Shown: positions 46,269-56,204 of the stretch, piece by piece
How positions within the stretch are numbered: the first letter of the stretch is position 1
Layout: each line of letters starts with the position of its first letter
DNA from: a virus
Taxonomy: Duplodnaviria > Caudoviricetes
IMG/VR virus record: IMGVR_UViG_2936514734_000001
Location: 128,001-192,000 of that record
Reading direction: 5' to 3' (one strand)
DNA length: 64,000 nucleotides
Notes under the pieces: model-generated
Database searches by the model: none
What the model was told of the DNA's origin: nothing
The model's input: the letters and a program-made list of their open reading frames with translations, nothing else
Position numbers and translations under genes: made by a program

Positions 46269-47171
46269 TTACTCAGCTTGTTTAGGCTTAATCATTACTG
46301 GAACAACAGAACCGCGTTCGAATCTGAAAGCTAATTCAAAGCCTTCTTTACTTGATAAGTACTCAGCAATTTTAAGCATGATGTAGATAGTGTGTTCAGG
46401 TTTATATTCTGTTCCTTCTTCACTCTCTAAACCTTTCTCAATTAGTTTGTGTGCAAAACCACCAAAGAACAATTGCTCATATGCTGCGATAGCATCATCA
46501 CTAATAGAGAAGCTTTTAATAGGTGTATTTTTTGTTAACTGTTCAATAACTTCCTCTGCAACTTCATCTAAGATACTTTGAATAACATCTTCGAGTGTGT
46601 ATTCTTGGGCACCTGAAATAGCTTGTGCGATAATATCCGCTAAATTAGGTTGTAAGTTTGTCTTAGTAGGGTCCGTATCAGCAGTTTCTGTGTATTCAGC
46701 AAAGCGAGCACGAACACTTTCATTTAGTTCTTGCTGCTTAATTTGCTGTTTAATTACTTCAGATAAATCAACCGCTGGAGTGTGTACAGAGCCTGGTTGA
46801 ATATAATCAACAAATAATGGTTTAACTTCTACTGGTTGATTGATTTGTTCACGAATTTGCTTAGATAGTTGTTGAGCTGTTACTTGAGCAGCAATAACAT
46901 CTTTAAGAGGTGTTTCCTCCACTTCTTCTTCTACTGATTCCTCCTCTTCTGCAAGAGCAAGCACTGCTCCAATTCCAGGTAGGATTTCTCCAAAGATGTC
47001 TTGTACAAGAACACCCATTAATTCTTTAGCAACTCCATCCATGATTTCTTGACCATCTGGATGATCCTTAAGTGTTAATGCTAATTCAGCTACTTCTTGA
47101 GGTGTAGCAGTTTCTAATGCCTTTACGATTGATTCCACCATAGTTTGTTTTGAAATGATTCCTACTGTCAT
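46269..47171 (-). CDS. Acidic hypothetical protein with repeated L[SA][ED]xI..Q helices
   Basis: DLSEVIKQQI, NLADIIAQAI, PLKDVIAAQV. Confidence 0.7.
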   Translation of the reverse strand: MTVGIISKQTMVESIVKALETATPQEVAELALTLKDHPDGQEIMDGVAKELMGVLVQDIFGEILPGIGAVLALAEEEESVEEEVEETPLKDVIAAQVTAQQLSKQIREQINQPVEVKPLFVDYIQPGSVHTPAVDLSEVIKQQIKQQELNESVRARFAEYTETADTDPTKTNLQPNLADIIAQAISGAQEYTLEDVIQSILDEVAEEVIEQLTKNTPIKSFSISDDAIAAYEQLFFGGFAHKLIEKGLESEEGTEYKPEHTIYIMLKIAEYLSSKEGFELAFRFERGSVVPVMIKPKQAE

Positions 47172-47193
47172 AATTAATTTCCTCCCGAGATTA

Positions 47194-47442
47194 TCAATGT
47201 GATTGTTTTGGTGATACTGGTTTTACGTACTGTTCGATTCCTTCTACTTCAAACACATGAAGCTCTACTCTCGTTGAGAAATGCTTAATGACCTTTAGAA
47301 TGTCCTCTTGTGTTTTTAGCTTAGTAGGATCTAAGATAAACTTTCCATGAAACTCAAATACTGCTACATCAGGTACCGTATCTGAAGGTATTCCTCCTAC
47401 AGGTTCCAATGTTTCAATCTCCAAGCTCTTCATCCCCCTCAT
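47194..47442 (-). CDS. Hypothetical protein
   Basis: 82-aa ORF. Confidence 0.6.
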   Translation of the reverse strand: MRGMKSLEIETLEPVGGIPSDTVPDVAVFEFHGKFILDPTKLKTQEDILKVIKHFSTRVELHVFEVEGIEQYVKPVSPKQSH

Positions 47443-47587
47443 GTTTAATGAATTCTCATGTTCTTAGTTTTTGTAGTCTTTTAGGTTACTAACTATCAAT
47501 TAGCTTGTTAGTTGTTTTTATGTTCGTTGTGATTTGTGATTTTGTTTAGTTGTTAGTCTAACTGACAAGTTAATAACCTAAATGGAG

Positions 47588-48020
47588 TACACAACTGTTT
47601 AACAGGTACTTTATACTTTTGGTAAGCTGCCGAGTTACGTTAGACCAGAAGATACACCTATCCCTTGGAAGGGGAAAAAGGTGTAAATAGCTACTTTACT
47701 TTTGTATAAGTGCCTGAGAACTTATGAGCCACCGTTATGTTACACGAGATTTCTCTCTAAGTAAGCACAACATCAATCCTCCCCGATGCTGTATCGCTTA
47801 CTTACTATGTCCCCGTAAGGACTAAGGATTCCTCCCAACCTTTTTATTGCAAGAGGTAGTTGTCACCTCTCTGAGACTCCTTTTCCACAATCCATAACGG
47901 TAGATTGCTTGCCTAATGAAAAGTACGCTGATATTATTTGCAGTTGCTTCAGCTCGCCTGACCTTTTATTTTCACGTCGTTTAAGGGCGATTCGACGATT
48001 ATGTATTCAGTTATTGTGCC
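47588..48020 (-). ncRNA. Candidate ~430-nt structured RNA
   Basis: ORF-free; terminal helix plus several long G-U-containing helices on the minus strand. Confidence 0.55.
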
Positions 48021-48133
48021 TACATAAAACAACCCTTTAGTTTTAAAAAGTCAATAGGTCAGGAGTAAGTTATATAATTTAATTTATTCTGACAATTATA
48101 GAAAACAAAAAAGAGAAGGCTACAAAAACCTTC

Positions 48134-48637
48134 TCAGGAAGATACTTTACGTATAGATTTAACTAATATACGAAACGGATCATCATCTTGTTTAACCGTT
48201 ATAGTTGTATTTGCCTCCGATACAAAGTCGCATACTTTTTCGGGTCTAAACACAATACCGGTAGTAATTATAATATCCCCAATAGCAATATCCAGTTGGT
48301 CCCAAAATACTGGTGGTACCACTACAAGTAATTCTCCAAGAGTATCATCAATTGTTACAAATATAATCCGCTGCCTTTGATCATCAATCAGCATACCTGT
48401 ATCGACTATATATTTAACTTTACCACCGCATGTAACTTCATCTTTTTGTTTGCTACTTTTTTGAATAGTATAAGAGAATGCTGTTATATGTGGCTTAATA
48501 GTATCGATAATATTTTTAATCTCTTTTTGTCTTTCTTTTTCGTGATTAGTTAATGGCAAATTCTTCGCCCCTTTCATACATATCCATGAGTTGATTAACA
48601 AGCGCATCTGTGATTTTATTGTGTTCTCTTGGTACAT
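48134..48637 (-). CDS. Stand-alone OB-fold protein (DnaE C-terminal-like)
   Basis: VTCGGKV...IIFVTIDDTLGELLVVVPP..W. Confidence 0.55.
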   Translation of the reverse strand: MYQENTIKSQMRLLINSWICMKGAKNLPLTNHEKERQKEIKNIIDTIKPHITAFSYTIQKSSKQKDEVTCGGKVKYIVDTGMLIDDQRQRIIFVTIDDTLGELLVVVPPVFWDQLDIAIGDIIITTGIVFRPEKVCDFVSEANTTITVKQDDDPFRILVKSIRKVSS

Positions 48638-49226
48638 GCTTCAACTCTACATTAGGGAATGAGTACAATTTATTCTTTAATTCTAGGGCGTAATCTCTAA
48701 ATATCTTTTGTGCAGGTAGTTTAGTTGATACATGCTGTACCATGGATGCACTATCTGTTACAAATATGATTCTGTCTGCTTTAACCTTATATTTTTCTAC
48801 AAACAATAAAGCTTGTAGTAAGCCATGATACTCCGCAAGAGTCGAATTAATATCTACTGTTTCACCTGTTGGTAAAGTAATTTTGTCACCAATAAATGTC
48901 GCATCATGTTTTAACATCTTTTGATCACCGTAGATAGCAAAAGCACTAGCCGATAATGAACGTAAGTTGTTGTCATGATTATTTCGAACACCTCCATCAG
49001 TAAAGACAACCACAGTGTTATATTTCTCTTGAAATGTTTTCTGAGTCTTTAAATCTTCTAATAGAGCGCCTACATCGTATCCATTTTCCTTCATCTCTTT
49101 CAATAGCAAATCTTGTTTTAAAGAAATTTCTTTTGCTGAACTATGATTACCGCTATCAACTTGTTCATAAAAAGAAAAAAACAGATGACTAAACTCACTA
49201 GCCATCTGCTCGACTGTATTAACCAA
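48546..49226 (-). CDS. Ribonuclease HI-like protein
   Basis: VFTDGG.R.N, NSTLAEYHGL..AL, TDS, HVPREHNKITDALVN. Confidence 0.85.
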   Translation of the reverse strand: MVNTVEQMASEFSHLFFSFYEQVDSGNHSSAKEISLKQDLLLKEMKENGYDVGALLEDLKTQKTFQEKYNTVVVFTDGGVRNNHDNNLRSLSASAFAIYGDQKMLKHDATFIGDKITLPTGETVDINSTLAEYHGLLQALLFVEKYKVKADRIIFVTDSASMVQHVSTKLPAQKIFRDYALELKNKLYSFPNVELKHVPREHNKITDALVNQLMDMYERGEEFAIN

Positions 49227-50094
49227 GGTATTGATTAATGATACTTTCTTTATTTAGGAACGTGCGGTAAATTCCTTTTCGCGTATCAAAAGTGATAGCA
49301 AAACAATGTAATCCAGGCATATCCTCATTATCTATTCTTGCAGTTAGGAGGATATTTGCAAAGTTAAACAATAGGTTAGCAGCTGTAATGTTAGTCATAA
49401 TGTTTTGTGGGTGAGATACCGCTGCTTCGTCACAACTTAGCTCTGTAGGTAGTTTATCCGCACCTTCTAGTACTTCAGGAAACATTTCACCTACCATTGG
49501 TGTGCGGAACCAAGAGTTTTGACCAAGTTCATTTACATAACCTCTTCCTGGTAAAAATCCGCATACAACTTGACCATTCAAGAATTCATTACCACTACTT
49601 AATGAAAAAACGCCTCTAGTTTTTTGTTGAAGCTCTAATGCTGCCTCATGAATGAATACGCGTGTTTTATTATTATCAACACAATCAACTAATACAGGAA
49701 TCATAGGAGGTTCATTTTCCAATAAAGATAAAACCAACTTAGTTAACATTTCTGTATTAGTGATATATTCATCTAAATATTGAATGTTTGTGCTAAAAGC
49801 AACACCGTAACGGGTAGATAGAACTTCTGCTTTATTCTTTTCTAAATCCTTTTCTACAAAGTTCTGACGATTAAGGTTAGATAAAGACACAGTATCTGCA
49901 TCAATAAGAACTAACTTATGCGGAGGTAGTCCTTCCATTTTTCTTAATTTATTTGTAATTGAGATTTGTCTTGCTAGGTTAGGAATAAGGTAACCACCTG
50001 TTCCACCCGCACCCACTACTACGAATAGTTTAGATATGTGATATGATGTGTCAAGATTGTATGTAGTTTCTAAATTTAATTGTAACGTTGACAT
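49219..50094 (-). CDS. ThiF/E1-like Ubl-activating enzyme, module 2
   Basis: VVGAGGTGG, DADTVSLSNLNRQ, KAEVL..RY, DCVDN, SCDE candidate catalytic Cys. Confidence 0.9.
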   Translation of the reverse strand: MSTLQLNLETTYNLDTSYHISKLFVVVGAGGTGGYLIPNLARQISITNKLRKMEGLPPHKLVLIDADTVSLSNLNRQNFVEKDLEKNKAEVLSTRYGVAFSTNIQYLDEYITNTEMLTKLVLSLLENEPPMIPVLVDCVDNNKTRVFIHEAALELQQKTRGVFSLSSGNEFLNGQVVCGFLPGRGYVNELGQNSWFRTPMVGEMFPEVLEGADKLPTELSCDEAAVSHPQNIMTNITAANLLFNFANILLTARIDNEDMPGLHCFAITFDTRKGIYRTFLNKESIINQYLG

Positions 50095-50150
50095 ATTAAT
50101 TCCCCTCTCTATAACCGAAAAGTGTAGGGGCGTTAGCCCCCACTATCTTA

Positions 50151-51416
50151 TTAAATTTGGTTTTGTTTAACCGCACCGATTGCGGCTTCAATAATTTGGT
50201 TGTAACCTAACTTTGTATAATCAGCTGTGATATCAGCAACATTATCCGCTACATCCAACTTCCTTACTTCATCTTTTAAGTCTAAGAACTGAACAATTTC
50301 TGCGTTTTCAAAATCATTCGTACTGAATGGTAGTGCTGAATGACCACCATATCCTTCATTTAGAAGGTGACTGCTGTACATAGCTTCCTCCAAGCCGTAG
50401 AGATCGCCTTCAAAATCCTCTGGAAATAATGTTGTTTGCCCTGATAAAGGCTGAAGTTTTCCGTTTGCTTTGGCGAGATAACTGTTACTGGGATAGGTTG
50501 ATTTCAAATTCGGAACATATTTCTTAGTATGTTGTTCCATCCATTCCGCTGGGTATTCAATATTTTCGAATGGTCCTCGATAAAGCTCCTCTGTAGTTTC
50601 TGTAAACGTCTGTGACTCGAAACCTGGAACAGTAGAGCTAACAACATGAGTTGATGTCGTAACCATCATAGGCCAATCAAACAATACAGAAGGGCATACT
50701 AATTTTTTAGATTTACCTGTAACATAACGAAATGCGAAAGCAGGTTGTTCATTTTTAATCTGACCCCATACTCCATAAAACTGCGTGCTGTTTTCATTGG
50801 CGTCATCTGTAGAGCTAAAAAATGCATTCATAGTATGGTGTGAATGAGTTTCTGCTAATAAGGATAAGTTTTGTCTTAGCCAGTCAACCATTGGGTCGCC
50901 ATGAAATTCTGACAAACTAGCACTATTTTCTTGTCGTGGAACATACACAACTAATTGCCCATCAACCAACAACCCCTTCATTGGAGTATCATCAGAGTAC
51001 TTAACTGGCAATGCTTTGTTGTCTTTATTCCAAAAGAAAAGCAATGATGCTTCAGTTCCATCCTTAGCGTGAACATCACGATAAAAGCTTAAAGCCATTT
51101 GAAGATACTTGAATGGAATTTTCGGAACAAGTAGTTCTGTTCCTTCAGTCATTTTATTTAAACCAGGGATGCTATCTTTAAAATCTTGTACCTTTGTTTT
51201 AAATACTGCTGTATCAGTTTTCTCTACACGGAATAAACCGTTAGCTGCTGTCACAAAGTTAATCTTTTTCAAAGAGTCTGTGTTGTAATTAGAGTCATAA
51301 GCTAAGTATTCCGTTACTTGACTTGCAATCTGACTCGCTAGTAGATTTGATAGATTAAGTGTCATTTGTATGCTCTCCATTCTAACTTTTTCTCTTGTAA
51401 TAAATGTTATTAACAC
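50151..51416 (-). CDS. JAB/MPN+ metalloprotease (PRTRC protein A-like)
   Basis: Upstream GTEA Glu and ETHSHHTMNAFFSSTDD JAMM motif. Confidence 0.88.
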   Translation of the reverse strand: MLITFITREKVRMESIQMTLNLSNLLASQIASQVTEYLAYDSNYNTDSLKKINFVTAANGLFRVEKTDTAVFKTKVQDFKDSIPGLNKMTEGTELLVPKIPFKYLQMALSFYRDVHAKDGTEASLLFFWNKDNKALPVKYSDDTPMKGLLVDGQLVVYVPRQENSASLSEFHGDPMVDWLRQNLSLLAETHSHHTMNAFFSSTDDANENSTQFYGVWGQIKNEQPAFAFRYVTGKSKKLVCPSVLFDWPMMVTTSTHVVSSTVPGFESQTFTETTEELYRGPFENIEYPAEWMEQHTKKYVPNLKSTYPSNSYLAKANGKLQPLSGQTTLFPEDFEGDLYGLEEAMYSSHLLNEGYGGHSALPFSTNDFENAEIVQFLDLKDEVRKLDVADNVADITADYTKLGYNQIIEAAIGAVKQNQI

Positions 51417-51508
51417 ATATTCCCCTTATAAACAGTGTTACTTAGTTTATTCTAGGGGAATCTGTTATTTTATAGGTTAATACAGTGTTTATGAGTTGAT
51501 TCTCAAAG

Positions 51509-52279
51509 TCATTCAAAGATGCCTGGAAGATAGTTTTTCACTGCTTGTTGCACATCTAATGTTGAAGATGATTTAAGCGAGTCAAAGGGATAAACAAATT
51601 CTTCTCCCGCTTCTTTGCTTGCTTGTAGTTTTCTAGATAAATCAACCATATGATAAACAGCACAATCTGTATTAAATGGTGAATATTCCTCGGATTCAGG
51701 ATCTGGATTCCATTCAAATTCTTTTACTCGATTATGAGAAAGATCAAAGTTAAATGGTTGAGCAAAGAAACGTGCTGGAATATTTTGAATCGATTTACCC
51801 GTTGGTACCTCTGGATTTTCATGTCCCCAACAAATACCATGAGCAACACCGATATTAGGAAAAGGCGCATGTAAGACCTTATCCTTAAATGAAAGCAATT
51901 CGTGTTTAAGTACGTACATCATAGAATGTCTTAAACGTTTTCTTCCATTTCCATCAGTAAATACTTCAAAAATCCAAAGCATTGGCGGTACTGGAATAGT
52001 AAACTCTTTAGGAACACCAGTATCACGCGATGCAAAAACAACCTGTCTCTCTGTTGCAGGTGTGGTCATTACATAGCCTTCGTAATGATTCTTACGATAA
52101 TACTTAACAACTCCCCATTGAGAAGGAAGAAGCGGTGTTTCCATGGCCTGCTCCTTCATAAAGATTTCTTGAATAGTTTCGATGTTTGTATGTTTAATTG
52201 TTTTAATCCCTTGCTCATTAACAGTCGTTACTGTTACCTTTTCTGGTTCTAAAACAATAGTTGTGCTTGGTGTAGCCAT
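51509..52279 (-). CDS. Prokaryotic E2 family D (PRTRC protein B-like), module 2
   Basis: TPLLP, PVPPMLWIF, HAPFPNI...GICWG, FF..PFN.DL. Confidence 0.8.
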   Translation of the reverse strand: MATPSTTIVLEPEKVTVTTVNEQGIKTIKHTNIETIQEIFMKEQAMETPLLPSQWGVVKYYRKNHYEGYVMTTPATERQVVFASRDTGVPKEFTIPVPPMLWIFEVFTDGNGRKRLRHSMMYVLKHELLSFKDKVLHAPFPNIGVAHGICWGHENPEVPTGKSIQNIPARFFAQPFNFDLSHNRVKEFEWNPDPESEEYSPFNTDCAVYHMVDLSRKLQASKEAGEEFVYPFDSLKSSSTLDVQQAVKNYLPGIFE

Positions 52280-52551
52280 TATTTTACCTCCCTAATGTTC
52301 AATACGCCTTGAATGAATTCTGCATTTTTATCACTATTAAAATCCGCTTTGATTTTATCAATATCAATTCCTAGCTCTACTGCTTGCTCAAAGGATATTC
52401 CAGCTTCACTCATTACTTCATCCGTAATTTTCTCTTCTAAAAGCTCACCCTTATCTAAAGAGGCGGACTGAATAGCTTCCTCTTTAGATAATGCCTTTAC
52501 CTTATATTTTTGTTCAGCAAGAACTAATAAAGTTACCTCATACTCTTTCAT
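52279..52551 (-). CDS. Hypothetical protein
   Basis: 90-aa ORF in operon. Confidence 0.6.
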   Translation of the reverse strand: MKEYEVTLLVLAEQKYKVKALSKEEAIQSASLDKGELLEEKITDEVMSEAGISFEQAVELGIDIDKIKADFNSDKNAEFIQGVLNIREVK

Positions 52552-52565
52552 TAGTAATCCTCCAA

Positions 52566-54203
52566 TCAGCCTGCAAAGCTATGAATAGTGAGCAATGCCT
52601 GTTGTTTTGTACTGTGTCGATCTACAAATTTATAAATAGAATAAAGACCAGGTGGTAATTGTAATGCACGCAATGCCTTATCTATATCTTGATGTATTGT
52701 GTACAATCTTTTTACTCCCTCTTCATCTATTCGTATCGCGCCTATTGTACCTGAGCTGTCTCTAACAACTACAAAGCCATTAGGATGTTTCGCATTTTTT
52801 GTAAGTAATTCCTTACTGAAATCTATAGAAGTTCTTTCGAAACTGTATAAATCATTATCAATGAAAGTTGAAGCTGAACTTGAGTCTTCTTCACTTTGTC
52901 CTTCTAACAGTTTAGAAGTCGTAAGGAATTTCTCCACAACCGCTTTAGGATCTAACGATCTATCTTGTTTAATAAAATCAACTACAGCACTAAATACTGT
53001 ATTCTCCTGCATTTCAAGTTTTTCTAATGGTTTCTCTAAAGATTCCACTAGTTTCTTACAGATTTCAATTTCTTCTACTAACTCTTCCGGTATTAATTGT
53101 TTAAAATCTTCATGTGATGCTTTTACAAAGATATTATTATTAATAATGTAAGGATTAGCTCCATCTAGACTACGAGGTGATTCATTATCATAATCAGTGT
53201 ATTGACCTACTCCTAAATACTTAAGTTCCTCAGTATCAGCGGGCAAAGTATCTGAAATGATAATTGGCTTAGCTACATAACTCGCATCATCACTCATATC
53301 ATGTGAAGAATAGATATGGACAGAAGAACCTAAGAAAAGCAGATCCTCAAATGATGGCTCTTTAACAAACACATCTCTATTGTGTTCTACACAAAGATTG
53401 CGTAAAGCTTCATCTTCTATAAGTGAAACGGGAACAATCATCTTAGAAAGCAACTCTTTAAGAATAGAAACTCCAAACTTCATATGTTCTTCACGTAGTG
53501 ATTCTTTTAGTCGTTCATTAAAAGCATCAACCGCATCATTTAAAGTGCTGTAGTCATCAGATAAATCTTGGATATACCTTTTCTCTGATTTAACTACCTG
53601 ATAAATATTTGAGAAATATGTGCTACCTGCACTTAGTCCAAATAAGCGTCCTCTACTATCATGTGGAAGACAGAAATCCCCACTTAAAGGAATCTTATTT
53701 CTCACGAGAATCAAGTTATCATCTTCATCTTTTGTGCATAGGCTCCTAATACGGTCATAATAGTAATTAGAACGAAACTTACGCCAAAAACCTGAGTTGT
53801 AACTTTGCAAAAATGAATCTCTAAAGCGAGCCATATTCTTATACTTTTCAAACTTCTCAATCATAGCTGCTGTCTCTTCGTCAATTACTAATTTAAAGAC
53901 ATCAGAATGATTATCGTTACTTACTAATTCTTCGTGAGTAATCTCATAGTATTGATTTAGCTCCTTAAGGATTTCATTAGTAACTTCAAAGAATAGCTGC
54001 TTAGATTGTTCAAGATTATTAGAAGGAACATTCTCCATCTTTTCTTGCAGGATATTAATAATTTCTGTAAAGCGTTCCTCGGGCATACTATTCTTTAGAC
54101 TATGTAAAAGATTAAAAACCCCACGTCTATATTCAACTTCTGTAGTCATAAGCTCATTTGACATGTAAACTCTCCTTTCTTTATTAGATGTAATCGACAT
54201 CAA
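52566..54203 (-). CDS. Hypothetical protein, 545 aa, within the Ubl operon
   Basis: Long ORF; no motif recognised. Confidence 0.7.
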   Translation of the reverse strand: MMSITSNKERRVYMSNELMTTEVEYRRGVFNLLHSLKNSMPEERFTEIINILQEKMENVPSNNLEQSKQLFFEVTNEILKELNQYYEITHEELVSNDNHSDVFKLVIDEETAAMIEKFEKYKNMARFRDSFLQSYNSGFWRKFRSNYYYDRIRSLCTKDEDDNLILVRNKIPLSGDFCLPHDSRGRLFGLSAGSTYFSNIYQVVKSEKRYIQDLSDDYSTLNDAVDAFNERLKESLREEHMKFGVSILKELLSKMIVPVSLIEDEALRNLCVEHNRDVFVKEPSFEDLLFLGSSVHIYSSHDMSDDASYVAKPIIISDTLPADTEELKYLGVGQYTDYDNESPRSLDGANPYIINNNIFVKASHEDFKQLIPEELVEEIEICKKLVESLEKPLEKLEMQENTVFSAVVDFIKQDRSLDPKAVVEKFLTTSKLLEGQSEEDSSSASTFIDNDLYSFERTSIDFSKELLTKNAKHPNGFVVVRDSSGTIGAIRIDEEGVKRLYTIHQDIDKALRALQLPPGLYSIYKFVDRHSTKQQALLTIHSFAG

Positions 54204-54534
54204 AAGAGAAAACGTTTGGTAGTCGATCTAAACCAACAAGGTATTTCTTATACTCTTGCAAGTACGTTTTCAATTGACGATCCATATTGTTAATAATGTT
54301 TGAGTTTTGATTTGTCATGTATTCATTAAATTCAAGAAAAGTCATTGGCTTTGTTAAGGTAGCAGAAGCTTCTGCAATTTCCGATGGCCAAAATTCAGTT
54401 TCTTGCACTTGTTCAAAACCATTTATAACTCTTAAAGTGAGCGGCGCTTGCTTTTCCATAAAGGAACCTCCGTATCTATTAAAATAAAACAAAATATGAG
54501 GGAAACCAGTTTTAAACACCAGTTTCCCTTTCAA
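54184..54534 (-). CDS. Hypothetical protein (start probably MEKQAP)
   Basis: GGAGG RBS before the internal ATG. Confidence 0.55.
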   Translation of the reverse strand: MKGKLVFKTGFPHILFYFNRYGGSFMEKQAPLTLRVINGFEQVQETEFWPSEIAEASATLTKPMTFLEFNEYMTNQNSNIINNMDRQLKTYLQEYKKYLVGLDRLPNVFSFDVDYI

Positions 54535-54628
54535 TAAAACATATTCTGTTAGAATCCACTAGAAATCAGTGGATGTGACCTTAAAAAGGTACTGACTATC
54601 TATTGGATTCTAGTATTTTCTATTAGAA

Positions 54629-55336
54629 TTAGTTGCCTTTAGTTCCTGCTTTAGCAGAGAAAGTAACTGTGTTTCCATTTTGAACAACGTTAGCATTTTC
54701 TAATTCCGGAAAGTTTTCTGCCATTGCTACTTTAAGTTGGTTAAGGTCTGTTGTTGCTGGCACGTTGATTTTTGTATCACCGTAAACCACTTCTAGTTGA
54801 TCTGCACCTTTTGTACCTGCTTTTGCGTTGAAGATAATTTGACCTTCATTTACTGTTACGTTAGCATTTTCTAATTCAGGGAAGTTCTCAGCCATTGCTA
54901 CTTTGATGTCCGCTAATTCAGTGCTTGCTGGTAAGTTAATTTTAGTATCTCCATAAACTACTTCTACAGTTTCCATTTCACCCGCTCCTTTAGTTCCTGC
55001 TTTTGCTTTAAATACGATTTCATTGTCGTTCACTTGTACATCAGCGTTTTCAAGCTCCGGGAAATTCTCAGCCATCGCTGCTTTGATGCTTGATAATTCA
55101 GTACCTACTGGTAAATCGATTTTAGTATCTCCGTAAATCACCTTTAAGTTTTCCATGTTTGTTGCCCCTTTCGTTCCTGCTTTCGCTGTGAATTCAATTA
55201 CATTACCGTTTACTGCTACATTTGCATTTTCAAGTTCTGGGAAGTTTTCAGCCATAGCTACCTTAATACTTTCTAAAGCTGTACCTTCTGGAAGATTGAT
55301 TTTTGTATCACCATAAATTACTTGTAATGTGTTCAT
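54629..55336 (-). CDS. Tetrameric prokaryotic ubiquitin-like precursor (4 x Prok_Ub, each ending AKAGTKG)
   Basis: Four ~57-aa repeats V.YGDTKI.LP...AMAENFPELENA...F.AKAGTKG; RBS GAGGAG before the ATG at 55336. Confidence 0.85.
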   Translation of the reverse strand: MNTLQVIYGDTKINLPEGTALESIKVAMAENFPELENANVAVNGNVIEFTAKAGTKGATNMENLKVIYGDTKIDLPVGTELSSIKAAMAENFPELENADVQVNDNEIVFKAKAGTKGAGEMETVEVVYGDTKINLPASTELADIKVAMAENFPELENANVTVNEGQIIFNAKAGTKGADQLEVVYGDTKINVPATTDLNQLKVAMAENFPELENANVVQNGNTVTFSAKAGTKGN

Positions 55337-55513
55337 TTGAAATTCTCCTCTTATAGAAACCATTAGTTTTTTATTTTTCAATAGGGTTTCGTTAATTTTT
55401 TTTATTTTTTTTAGGGCATTGTGTATGCATATAGAAATCTAGGTTAATACCCTATAAAAACTTAGATTCCACTAGAAATTACTCAAAAAAAATAGACCTG
55501 CTTGATCAGCGGG

Positions 55514-55774
55514 TTATTCCCAACCAATCAATACAGGTCCTTTAAAGTCTACAATTCCAGAAACTAATTCTAGATGTGCTGTACCGCAATCTGGACAAAT
55601 AGAAAAGATACTTTCAAATTCTGTTTTTGTATGCGGCATTCCCGCTACATTTAAGAATTCTTCAATAAGCTCTAAATCATTATTACACATTGTGCAAGTA
55701 GATTGATTTGTAGCTCCTACTTGTCTAAGGTGTTTCGTGTAATCCATCGGTACCAATACCAGTTCGTAACTCAT
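55514..55774 (-). CDS. Zn-ribbon hypothetical protein
   Basis: CTMC...CPDCG. Confidence 0.6.
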   Translation of the reverse strand: MSYELVLVPMDYTKHLRQVGATNQSTCTMCNNDLELIEEFLNVAGMPHTKTEFESIFSICPDCGTAHLELVSGIVDFKGPVLIGWE

Positions 55775-56180
55775 TTAATTTTTCCTCCCAATGATAAAGC
55801 CCAGCTACAGCATTCTTATTTGTAACTGGCTTCAGCTCTACATATATAGAAACTACAGTTTTATCATTTCTTAGAGTGACAATATCATCACCAGTAACGT
55901 AATAGCCTTTAATTGATATGTAGAACTCTTTAAGCGTTTGTTCTAAGTTGTTTTGATTACAATAATTAACGTAATAGCTTTCTAGATTCTTATTAAAAGA
56001 TGTAATAGAACTTATGAATCGATTATAGTGTGATCTTCCATCAAATAAGCCTCTAGTAAATCGTAATTCATATACACCATTTGTATTAATTACTCTTTGT
56101 ATAAAATGGTCAATTGATGATTCGTTCATTACACTTTCAAAAACTTCAACTGCGTCGAGTTTCTTATCTAATTTTTGCAA
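55725..56180 (-). CDS. Hypothetical protein
   Basis: 151-aa ORF. Confidence 0.6.
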   Translation of the reverse strand: MQKLDKKLDAVEVFESVMNESSIDHFIQRVINTNGVYELRFTRGLFDGRSHYNRFISSITSFNKNLESYYVNYCNQNNLEQTLKEFYISIKGYYVTGDDIVTLRNDKTVVSIYVELKPVTNKNAVAGLYHWEEKLNELRTGIGTDGLHETP

Positions 56181-56204
56181 CAGGATCCTCTCCCTTTATT
56201 ATGC

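Noticed and set aside
54629-55336. ~180-bp tandem repeats considered as a CRISPR or other DNA array
   Set aside because: In-frame protein repeats with synonymous divergence; explained by the poly-Ubl.
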